From NCBI GenBank assembly GCA_964016885.1, contig CAXHJY010000607.1:15001-79000 (forward strand): a stretch of 64,000 bases of DNA, read 5' to 3'. The position numbers were made by a program, and so were the translations under genes. Of the stretch, positions 1 through 11,943 are shown in pieces. The notes beneath the pieces were generated by a model. That model saw nothing but the letters and a program-made list of their open reading frames with translations, had not been told where the DNA came from and searched no databases. The DNA comes from Eledone cirrhosa (lineage: Eukaryota). Within the stretch, counting starts at the first letter, position 1, and every line of letters starts with the position of its first letter.

Positions 1-25
1 GCGGCCGGCCCGCGATTGAAAAGGT

Positions 26-92
26 AACTCCGCCGGCAAATCGCCATTTTTGGATTCGTTTTCTTCGAAGCACACCATTCGCCGGCGGACTT
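26..92. repeat. Intra-monomer inverted repeat (first copy shown; recurs every 227 bp)
   Basis: AACTCCGCCGGCAAAT (26-41) matches the reverse complement of 77-92 (AAGTCCGCCGGCGAAT) at 14/16 positions. The core 29-41 vs 77-89 matches 12/13, with a 35-bp spacer. Confidence 0.9.
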
Positions 93-1500
93 TGTTGACG
101 TTTAACACGGTTTGGTTCCACAGCCACAACTATTGATTTTACCGAGATATCTTGCTGAAATTCACGCCACACATAGCCAATGAGTGTCTGCACATGTACC
201 AGTAATTACAGATCGATCCGACCACGGGCGGCCGGCCCGCGATTGAAAAGGTAACTCCGCCGGCAAATCGCCATTTTTGGATTCGTTTTCTTCGAAGCAC
301 ACCATTCGCCGGCGGACTTTGTTGACGTTTAACACGGTTTGGTTCCACAGCCACAACTATTGATTTTACCGAGATATCTTGCTGAAATTCACGCCACACA
401 TAGCCAATGAGTGTCTGCACATGTACCAGTAATTACAGATCGATCCGACCACGGACGGCCGGCCCGCGATTGAAAAGGTAACTCCGCCGGCAAATCGCCA
501 TTTTTGGATTCGTTTTCTTCGAAGCACACCATTCGCCGGCGGACTTTGTTGACGTTTAACACGGTTTGGTTCCACAGCCACAACTATTGATTTTACGGAG
601 ATATCTTGCTGAAATTCACGCCACACATAGCCAATGAGTGTCTGCACATGTACCAGTAATTACAGATCGATCCGACCACGGGCGGCCGGCCCGCGATTGA
701 AAAGGTAACTCCGCCGGCAAATCGCCATTTTTGGATTCGTTTTCTTCGAAGCACACCATTCGCCGGCGGACTTTGTTGACGTTTAACACGGTTTGGTTCC
801 ACAGCCACAACTATTGATTTTACCGAGATATCTTGCTGAAATTCACGCCACACATAGCCAATGAGTGTCTGCACATGTACCAGTAATTACAGATCGATCC
901 GACCACGGACGGCCGGCCCGCGATTGAAAAGGTAACTCCGCCGGCAAATCGCCATTTTTGGATTCGTTTTCTTCGAAGCACACCATTCGCCGGCGGACTT
1001 TGTTGACGTTTAACACGGTTTGGTTCCACAGCCACAACTATTGATTTTACGGAGATATCTTGCTGAAATTCACGCCACACATAGCCAATGAGTGTCTGCA
1101 CATGTACCAGTAATTACAGATCGATCCGACCACGGGCGGCCGGCCCGCGATTGAAAAGGTAACTCCGCCGGCAAATCGCCATTTTTGGATTCGTTTTCTT
1201 CGAAGCACACCATTCGCCGGCGGACTTTGTTGACGTTTAACACGGTTTGGTTCCACAGCCACAACTATTGATTTTACCGAGATATCTTGCTGAAATTCAC
1301 GCCACACATAGCCAATGAGTGTCTGCACATGTACCAGTAATTACAGATCGATCCGACCACGGGCGGCCGGCCCGCGATTGAAAAGGTAACTCCGCCGGCA
1401 AATCGCCATTTTTGGATTCGTTTTCTTCGAAGCACACCATTCGCCGGCGGACTTTGTTGACGTTTAACACGGTTTGGTTCCACAGCCACAACTATTGATT

Positions 1501-4500
1501 TTACCGAGATATCTTGCTGAAATTCACGCCACACATAGCCAATGAGTGTCTGCACATGTACCAGTAATTACAGATCGATCCGACCACGGACGGCCGGCCC
1601 GCGATTGAAAAGGTAACTCCGCCGGCAAATCGCCATTTTTGGATTCGTTTTCTTCGAAGCACACCATTCGCCGGCGGACTTTGTTGACGTTTAACACGGT
1701 TTGGTTCCACAGCCACAACTATTGATTTTACGGAGATATCTTGCTGAAATTCACGCCAAACATAGCCAATGAGTGTCTGCACATGTACCAGTAATTACAG
1801 ATCGATCCGACCACGGGCGGCCGGCCCGCGATTGAAAAGGTAACTCCGCCGGCAAATCGCCATTTTTGGATTCGTTTTCTTCGAAGCACACCATTCGCCG
1901 GCGGACTTTGTTGACGTTTAACACGGTTTGGTTCCACAGCCACAACTATTGATTTTACCGAGATATCTTGCTGAAATTCACGCCACACATAGCCAATGAG
2001 TGTCTGCACATGTACCAGTAATTACAGATCGATCCGACCACGGGCGGCCGGCCCGCGATTGAAAAGGTAACTCCGCCGGCAAATCGCCATTTTTGGATTC
2101 GTTTTCTTCGAAGCACACCATTCGCCGGCGGACTTTGTTGACGTTTAACACGGTTTGGTTCCACAGCCACAACTATTGATTTTACGGAGATATCTTGCTG
2201 AAATTCACGCCACACATAGCCAATGAGTGTCTGCACATGTACCAGTAATTACAGATCGATCCGACCACGGGCGGCCGGCCCGCGATTAAAAGGTAACTCC
2301 GCCGGCAAATCGTCATTTTTGGATTCGTTTTCTTCGAAGCACACCATTCGCCGGCGGACTTTGCTGACGTTTAACACGGTTTGGTTCCACAGCCACAACT
2401 ATTGATTTTACGGAGATATCTTGCTGAAATTCACGCCACACATAGCCAATGAGTGTCTGCACATGTACCAGTAATTACAGATCGATCCGACCACGGGCGG
2501 CCGGCCCGCGATTGAAAAGGTAACTCCGCCGGCAAATCGCCATTTTTTGGATTCGTTTTCTTCGAAGCACACCATTCGCCGGCGGACTTTGTTGACGTTT
2601 AACACGGTTTGGTTCCACAGCCACAACTATTGATTTTACGGAGATATCTTGCTGAAATTCACGCCACACATAGCCAATGAGTGTCTGCACATGTACCAGT
2701 AATTACAGATCGATCCGACCACGGGCGGCCGGCCCGCGATTGAAAAGGTAACTCCGCCGGCAAATCGTCATTTTTGGATTCGTTTTCTTCGAAGCACACC
2801 ATTCGCCGGCGGACTTTGCTGACGTTTAACACGGTTTGGTTCCACAGCCACAACTATTGATTTTACGGAGATATCTTGCTGAAATTCACGCCACACATAG
2901 CCAATGAGTGTCTGCACATGTACCAGTAATTACAGATCGATCCGACCACGGGCGGCCGGCCCGCGATTGAAAAGGTAACTCCGCCGGCAAATCGCCATTT
3001 TTGGATTCGTTTTCTTCGAAGCACACCATTCGCCGGCGGACTTTGTTGACGTTTAACACGGTTTGGTTCCACAGCCACAACTATTGATTTTACGGAGATA
3101 TCTTGCTGAAATTCACGCCACACATAGCCAATGAGTGTCTGCACATGTACCAGTAATTACAGATCGATCCGACCACGGGCGGCCGGCCCGCGATTGAAAA
3201 GGTAACTCCGCCGGCAAATCGTCATTTTTGGATTCGTTTTCTTCGAAGCACACCATTCGCCGGCGGACTTTGTTGACGTTTAACACGGTTTGGTTCCACA
3301 GCCACAACTATTGATTTTACGGAGATATCTTGCTGAAATTCACGCCACACATAGCCAATGAGTGTCTGCACATGTACCAGTAATTACAGATCGATCCGAC
3401 CACGGGCGGCCGACCCGCGATTGAAAAGGTAACTCCGCCGGCAAATCGTCATTTTTGGATTCGTTTTCTTCGAAGCACACCATTCGCCGGCGGACTTTGT
3501 TGACGTTTAACACGGTTTGGTTCCACAGCCACAACTATTGATTTTACTGAGATATCTTGCTGAAATTCACGCCACACATAGCCAATGAGTGTCTGCACAT
3601 GTACCAGTAATTACAGATCGATCCGACCACGGGCGGCCGGCCCGCGATTGAAAAGGTAACTCCGCCGGCAAATCGCCATTTTTGGATTCGTTTTCTTCGA
3701 AGCACACCATTCGCCGGCGGACTTTGTTGACGTTTAACACGGTTTGGTTCCACAGCCACAACTATTGATTTTACGGAGATATCTTGCTGAAATTCACGCC
3801 ACACATAGCCAATGAGTGTCTGCACATGTACCAGTAATTACAGATCGATCCGACCACGGGCGGCCGGCCCGCGATTGAAAAGGTAACTCCGCCGGCAAAT
3901 CGTCATTTTTGGATTCGTTTTCTTCGAAGCACACCATTCGCCGGCGGACTTTGTTGACGTTTAACACGGTTTGGTTCCACAGCCACAACTATTGATTTTA
4001 CGGAGATATCTTGCTGAAATTCACGCCACCCATAGCCAATGAGTGTCTGCACATGTACCAGTAATTACAGATCGATCCGACCACGGGCGGCCGGCCCGCG
4101 ATTGAAAAGGTAACTCCGCCGGCAAATCGTCATTTTTGGATTCGTTTTCTTCGAAGCACACCATTCGCCGGCGGACTTTGCTGACGTTTAACACGGTTTG
4201 GTTCCACAGCCACAACTATTGATTTTACGGAGATATCTTGCTGAAATTCACGCCACCCATAGCCAATGAGTGTCTGCACATGTACCAGTAATTACAGATC
4301 GATCCGACCACGGGCGGCCGGGCCGTGATTGAAAAGGTAACTCCGCCGGCAAATCGTCATTTTTGGATTCGTTTTCTTCGAAGCACACCATTCGCCGGCG
4401 GACTTTGTTGACGTTTAACACGGTTTGGTTCCACAGCCACAACTATTGATTTTACGGAGATATCTTGCTGAAATTCACGCCACCCATAGCCAATGAGTGT

Positions 4501-5586
4501 CTGCACATGTACCAGTAATTACAGATCGACCCGACCACGGGCGGCCGGCCCGCGATTGAAAAGGTAACTCCGCCGGCAAATCGTCATTTTTGGATTCGTT
4601 TTCTTCGAAGCACACCATTCGCCGGCGGACTTTGCTGACGTTTAACACGGTTTGGTTCCACAGCCACAACTATTGATTTTACGGAGATATCTTGCTGAAA
4701 TTCACGCCACACATAGCCAATGAGTGTCTGCACATGTACCAGTAATTACAGATCGATCCGACCACGGGCGGCCGGCCCGCGATTGAAAAGGTAACTCCGC
4801 CGGCAAATCGTCATTTTTGGATTCGTTTTCTTCGAAGCACACCATTCGCCGGCGGACGTTGTTGACGTTTAACACGGTTTGGTTCCACAGCCACAACTAT
4901 TGATTTTACGGAGATATCTTGCTGAAATTCACGCCACACATAGCCAATGAGTGTCTGCACATGTACCAGTAATTACAGATCGATCCGACCACGGGCGGCC
5001 GGGCCGTGATTGAAAAGGTAACTCCGCCGGCAAATCGTCATTTTTGGATTCGTTTTCTTCGAAGCACACCATTCGCCGGCGGACTTTGCTGACGTTTAAC
5101 ACGGTTTGGTTCCACAGCCACAACTATTGATTTTACGGAGATATCTTGCTGAAATTCACGCCACACATAGCCAATGAGTGTCTGCACATGTACCAGTAAT
5201 TACAGATCGATCCGACCACGGGCGGCCGGCCCGCGATTGAAAAGGTAACTCCGCCGGCAAATCGTCATTTTTGGATTCGTTTTCTTCGAAGCACACCATT
5301 CGCCGGCGGACTTTGTTGACGTTTAACACGGTTTGGTTCCACAGCCACAACTATTGATTTTACGGAGATATCTTGCTGAAATTCACGCCACACATAGCCA
5401 ATGAGTGTCTGCACATGTACCAGTAATTATAGATCGATCCGACCACGGGCGGCCGACCCGCGATTGAAAAGGTAACTCCGCCGGCAAATCGTCATTTTTG
5501 GATTCGTTTTCTTCGAAGCACACCATTCGCCGGCGGACTTTGTTGACGTTTAACACGGTTTGGTTCCACAGCCACAACTATTGATT
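1501..5586. repeat. Copy 1 of an 18-monomer block duplicated 9989 bp (44 monomers) downstream
   Basis: Rare variants recur in the same order at +9989: CCAAAC unit 1728/11717, 1-bp-deletion unit (ORF 2223/12212), T-insertion unit 2408/12397, ACTGAG unit 3544/13533, CCACCC units 4021/14010 and 4248/14237. Confidence 0.9.
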
Positions 5587-6948
5587 TTACGGAGATATCT
5601 TGCTGAAATTCACGCCACACATAGCCAATGAGTGTCTGCACATGTACCAGTAATTACAGATCGATCCGACCACGGGCGGCCGGCCCGCGATTGAAAAGGT
5701 AACTCCGCCGGCAAATCGCCATTTTTGGATTCGTTTTCTTCGAAGCACACCATTCGCCGGCGGACTTTGTTGACGTTTAACACGGTTTGGTTCCACAGCC
5801 ACAACTATTGATTTTACGGAGATATCTTGCTGAAATTCACGCCACCCATAGCCAATGAGTGTCTGCACATGTACCAGTAATTACAGATCGACCCGACCAC
5901 GGGCGGCCGGCCCGCGATTGAAAAGGTAACTCCGCCGGCAAATCGTCATTTTTGGATTCGTTTTCTTCGAAGCACACCATTCGCCGGCGGACTTTGCTGA
6001 CGTTTAACACGGTTTGGTTCCACAGCCACAACTATTGATTTTACGGAGATATCTTGCTGAAATTCACGCCACACATAGCCAATGAGTGTCTGCACATGTA
6101 CCAGTAATTACAGATCGATCCGACCACGGGCGGCCGGCCCGCGATTGAAAAGGTAACTCCGCCGGCAAATCGTCATTTTTGGATTCGTTTTCTTCGAAGC
6201 ACACCATTCGCCGGCGGACGTTGTTGACGTTTAACACGGTTTGGTTCCACAGCCACAACTATTGATTTTACGGAGATATCTTGCTGAAATTCACGCCACA
6301 CATAGCCAATGAGTGTCTGCACATGTACCAGTAATTACAGATCGATCCGACCACGGGCGGCCGGGCCGTGATTGAAAAGGTAACTCCGCCGGCAAATCGT
6401 CATTTTTGGATTCGTTTTCTTCGAAGCACACCATTCGCCGGCGGACTTTGTTGACGTTTAACACGGTTTGGTTCCACAGCCACAACTATTGATTTTACGG
6501 AGATATCTTGCTGAAATTCACGCCACACATAGCCAATGAGTGTCTGCACATGTACCAGTAATTATAGATCGATCCGACCACGGGCGGCCGACCCGCGATT
6601 GAAAAGGTAACTCCGCCGGCAAATCGTCATTTTTGGATTCGTTTTCTTCGAAGCACACCATTCGCCGGCGGACTTTGTTGACGTTTAACACGGTTTGGTT
6701 CCACAGCCACAACTATTGATTTTACGGAGATATCTTGCTGAAATTCACGCCACACATAGCCAATGAGTGTCTGCACATGTACCAGTAATTACAGATCGAT
6801 CCGACCACGGGCGGCCGGCCCGCGATTGAAAAGGTAACTCCGCCGGCAAATCGCCATTTTTGGATTCGTTTTCTTCGAAGCACACCATTCGCCGGCGGAC
6901 TTTGTTGACGTTTAACACGGTTTGGTTCCACAGCCACAACTATTGATT

Positions 6949-9900
6949 TTACGGAGATATCTTGCTGAAATTCACGCCACCCATAGCCAATGAGTGTCTG
7001 CACATGTACCAGTAATTACAGATCGATCCGACCACGGGCGGCCGGCCCGCGATTGAAAAGGTAACTCCGCCGGCAAATCGTCATTTTTGGATTCGTTTTC
7101 TTCGAAGCACACCATTCGCCGGCGGACTTTGCTGACGTTTAACACGGTTTGGTTCCACAGCCACAACTATTGATTTTACGGAGATATCTTGCTGAAATTC
7201 ACGCCACACATAGCCAATGAGTGTCTGCACATGTACCAGTAATTACAGATCGATCCGACCACGGGCGGCCGGCCCGCGATTGAAAAGGTAACTCCGCCGG
7301 CAAATCGTCATTTTTGGATTCGTTTTCTTCGAAGCACACCATTCGCCGGCGGACTTTGTTGACGTTTAACACGGTTTGGTTCCACAGCCACAACTATTGA
7401 TTTTACTGAGATATCTTGCTGAAATTCACGCCACACATAGCCAATGAGTGTCTGCACATGTACCAGTAATTACAGATCGATCCGACCACGGGCGGCCGGC
7501 CCGCGATTGAAAAGGTAACTCCGCCGGCAAATCGCCATTTTTGGATTCGTTTTCTTCGAAGCACACCATTCGCCGGCGGACTTTGTTGACGTTTAACACG
7601 GTTTGGTTCCACAGCCACAACTATTGATTTTACGGAGATATCTTGCTGAAATTCACGCCACACATAGCCAATGAGTGTCTGCACATGTACCAGTAATTAC
7701 AGATCGATCCGACCACGGGCGGCCGGCCCGCGATTGAAAAGGTAACTCCGCCGGCAAATCGCCATTTTTGGATTCGTTTTCTTCGAAGCACACCATTCGC
7801 CGGCGGACTTTGTTGACGTTTAACACGGTTTGGTTCCACAGCCACAACTATTGATTTTACCGAGATATCTTGCTGAAATTCACGCCACACATAGCCAATG
7901 AGTGTCTGCATATGTACCAGTAATTACAGATCGATCCGACCACGGACGGCCGGCCCGCGATTGAAAAGGTAACTCCGCCGGCAAATCGCCATTTTTGGAT
8001 TCGTTTTCTTCGAAGCACACCATTCGCCGGCGGACTTTGTTGACGTTTAACACGGTTTGGTTCCACAGCCACAACTATTGATTTTACGGAGATATCTTGC
8101 TGAAATTCACGCCACACATAGCCAATGAGTGTCTGCACATGTACCAGTAATTACAGATCGATCCGACCACGGGCGGCCGGCCCGCGATTGAAAAGGTAAC
8201 TCCGCCGGCAAATCGCCATTTTTGGATTCGTTTTCTTCGAAGCACACCATTCGCCGGCGGACTTTGTTGACGTTTAACACGGTTTGGTTCCACAGCCACA
8301 ACTATTGATTTTACCGAGATATCTTGCTGAAATTCACGCCACACATAGCCAATGAGTGTCTGCACATGTACCAGTAATTACAGATCGATCCGACCACGGG
8401 CGGCCGACCCGCGATTGAAAAGGTAACTCCGCCGGCAAATCGCCATTTTTGGATTCGTTTTCTTCGAAGCACACCATTCGCCGGCGGACTTTGTTGACGT
8501 TTAACACGGTTTGGTTCCACAGCCACAACTATTGATTTTACCGAGATATCTTGCTGAAATTCACGCCACACATAGCCAATGAGTGTCTGCACATGTACCA
8601 GTAATTACAGATCGATCCGACCACGGACGGCCGGCCCGCGATTGAAAAGGTAACTCCGCCGGCAAATCGCCATTTTTGGATTCGTTTTCTTCGAAGCACA
8701 CCATTCGCCGGCGGACTTTGTTGACGTTTAACACGGTTTGGTTCCACAGCCACAACTATTGATTTTACGGAGATATCTTGCTGAAATTCACGCCAAACAT
8801 AGCCAATGAGTGTCTGCACATGTACCAGTAATTACAGATCGATCCGACCACGGGCGGCCGGCCCGCGATTGAAAAGGTAACTCCGCCGGCAAATCGCCAT
8901 TTTTGGATTCGTTTTCTTCGAAGCACACCATTCGCCGGCGGACTTTGTTGACGTTTAACACGGTTTGGTTCCACAGCCACAACTATTGATTTTACGGAGA
9001 TATCTTGCTGAAATTCACGCCACACATAGCCAATGAGTGTCTGCACATGTACCAGTAATTACAGATCGATCCGACCACGGGCGGCCGGCCCGCGATTGAA
9101 AAGGTAACTCCGCCGGCAAATCGCCATTTTTTGGATTCGTTTTCTTCGAAGCACACCATTCGCCGGCGGACTTTGTTGACGTTTAACACGGTTTGGTTCC
9201 ACAGCCACAACTATTGATTTTACGGAGATATCTTGCTGAAATTCACGCCACACATAGCCAATGAGTGTCTGCACATGTACCAGTAATTACAGATCGATCC
9301 GACCACGGGCGGCCGGCCCGCGATTGAAAAGGTAACTCCGCCGGCAAATCGTCATTTTTGGATTCGTTTTCTTCGAAGCACACCATTCGCCGGCGGACTT
9401 TGCTGACGTTTAACACGGTTTGGTTCCACAGCCACAACTATTGATTTTACGGAGATATCTTGCTGAAATTCACGCCACACATAGCCAATGAGTGTCTGCA
9501 CATGTACCAGTAATTACAGATCGATCCGACCACGGGCGGCCGGCCCGCGATTGAAAAGGTAACTCCGCCGGCAAATCGCCATTTTTGGATTCGTTTTCTT
9601 CGAAGCACACCATTCGCCGGCGGACTTTGTTGACGTTTAACACGGTTTGGTTCCACAGCCACAACTATTGATTTTACGGAGATATCTTGCTGAAATTCAC
9701 GCCACACATAGCCAATGAGTGTCTGCACATGTACCAGTAATTACAGATCGATCCGACCACGGGCGGCCGGCCCGCGATTGAAAAGGTAACTCCGCCGGCA
9801 AATCGTCATTTTTGGATTCGTTTTCTTCGAAGCACACCATTCGCCGGCGGACTTTGTTGACGTTTAACACGGTTTGGTTCCACAGCCACAACTATTGATT

Positions 9901-11943
9901 TTACGGAGATATCTTGCTGAAATTCACGCCACCCATAGCCAATGAGTGTCTGCACATGTACCAGTAATTACAGATCGATCCGACCACGGGCGGCCGGCCC
10001 GCGATTGAAAAGGTAACTCCGCCGGCAAATCGTCATTTTTGGATTCGTTTTCTTCGAAGCACACCATTCGCCGGCGGACTTTGCTGACGTTTAACACGGT
10101 TTGGTTCCACAGCCACAACTATTGATTTTACGGAGATATCTTGCTGAAATTCACGCCACACATAGCCAATGAGTGTCTGCACATGTACCAGTAATTACAG
10201 ATCGATCCGACCACGGGCGGCCGGCCCGCGATTGAAAAGGTAACTCCGCCGGCAAATCGTCATTTTTGGATTCGTTTTCTTCGAAGCACACCATTCGCCG
10301 GCGGACTTTGTTGACGTTTAACACGGTTTGGTTCCACAGCCACAACTATTGATTTTACTGAGATATCTTGCTGAAATTCACGCCACACATAGCCAATGAG
10401 TGTCTGCACATGTACCAGTAATTACAGATCGATCCGACCACGGGCGGCCGGCCCGCGATTGAAAAGGTAACTCCGCCGGCAAATCGCCATTTTTGGATTC
10501 GTTTTCTTCGAAGCACACCATTCGCCGGCGGACTTTGTTGACGTTTAACACGGTTTGGTTCCACAGCCACAACTATTGATTTTACGGAGATATCTTGCTG
10601 AAATTCACGCCACACATAGCCAATGAGTGTCTGCACATGTACCAGTAATTACAGATCGATCCGACCACGGGCGGCCGGCCCGCGATTGAAAAGGTAACTC
10701 CGCCGGCAAATCGCCATTTTTGGATTCGTTTTCTTCGAAGCACACCATTCGCCGGCGGACTTTGTTGACGTTTAACACGGTTTGGTTCCACAGCCACAAC
10801 TATTGATTTTACCGAGATATCTTGCTGAAATTCACGCCACACATAGCCAATGAGTGTCTGCATATGTACCAGTAATTACAGATCGATCCGACCACGGACG
10901 GCCGGCCCGCGATTGAAAAGGTAACTCCGCCGGCAAATCGCCATTTTTGGATTCGTTTTCTTCGAAGCACACCATTCGCCGGCGGACTTTGTTGACGTTT
11001 AACACGGTTTGGTTCCACAGCCACAACTATTGATTTTACGGAGATATCTTGCTGAAATTCACGCCACACATAGCCAATGAGTGTCTGCACATGTACCAGT
11101 AATTACAGATCGATCCGACCACGGGCGGCCGGCCCGCGATTGAAAAGGTAACTCCGCCGGCAAATCGCCATTTTTGGATTCGTTTTCTTCGAAGCACACC
11201 ATTCGCCGGCGGACTTTGTTGACGTTTAACACGGTTTGGTTCCACAGCCACAACTATTGATTTTACCGAGATATCTTGCTGAAATTCACGCCACACATAG
11301 CCAATGAGTGTCTGCACATGTACCAGTAATTACAGATCGATCCGACCACGGGCGGCCGACCCGCGATTGAAAAGGTAACTCCGCCGGCAAATCGCCATTT
11401 TTGGATTCGTTTTCTTCGAAGCACACCATTCGCCGGCGGACTTTGTTGACGTTTAACACGGTTTGGTTCCACAGCCACAACTATTGATTTTACCGAGATA
11501 TCTTGCTGAAATTCACGCCACACATAGCCAATGAGTGTCTGCACATGTACCAGTAATTACAGATCGATCCGACCACGGACGGCCGGCCCGCGATTGAAAA
11601 GGTAACTCCGCCGGCAAATCGCCATTTTTGGATTCGTTTTCTTCGAAGCACACCATTCGCCGGCGGACTTTGTTGACGTTTAACACGGTTTGGTTCCACA
11701 GCCACAACTATTGATTTTACGGAGATATCTTGCTGAAATTCACGCCAAACATAGCCAATGAGTGTCTGCACATGTACCAGTAATTACAGATCGATCCGAC
11801 CACGGGCGGCCGGCCCGCGATTGAAAAGGTAACTCCGCCGGCAAATCGCCATTTTTGGATTCGTTTTCTTCGAAGCACACCATTCGCCGGCGGACTTTGT
11901 TGACGTTTAACACGGTTTGGTTCCACAGCCACAACTATTGATT
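6949..11943. repeat. Nine-monomer block (6949-8991) repeated at 9901-11943; offset 2952 bp (13 monomers + 1 bp)
   Basis: ACTGAG 7403/10355, CATATG 7857/10809 (seen only in these two units), CCGACCC 8311/11263 and CCAAAC 8765/11717 are all 2952 bp apart. Confidence 0.9.

Noticed and set aside
41-58. Similarity of GCCATTTTTGG to the dinoflagellate spliced leader (CCGTAGCCATTTTGGCTCAAG)
   Set aside because: Only a short core resembles it. The T-run length and both flanks differ, and no AG|GT follows.
54-70. CENP-B box-like ATTCGTTTTCTTCGAAG
   Set aside because: It matches only 6 of the 9 essential positions of NTTCGNNNNANNCGGGN and lacks the A and the final GG.
1-218. Synthetic polylinker or concatemer (FseI, EagI, NaeI, BstBI, SgrAI, EcoRV, ClaI and PciI sites)
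   Set aside because: The hierarchical shared variants and domain structure indicate natural array evolution, not a cloned or rolling-circle concatemer.
1-227. 5S rRNA, tRNA or snRNA tandem gene unit
   Set aside because: I see no recognisable 5S sequence, cloverleaf, pol III A/B boxes or U-snRNA similarity by eye. An Rfam search would be the formal test.
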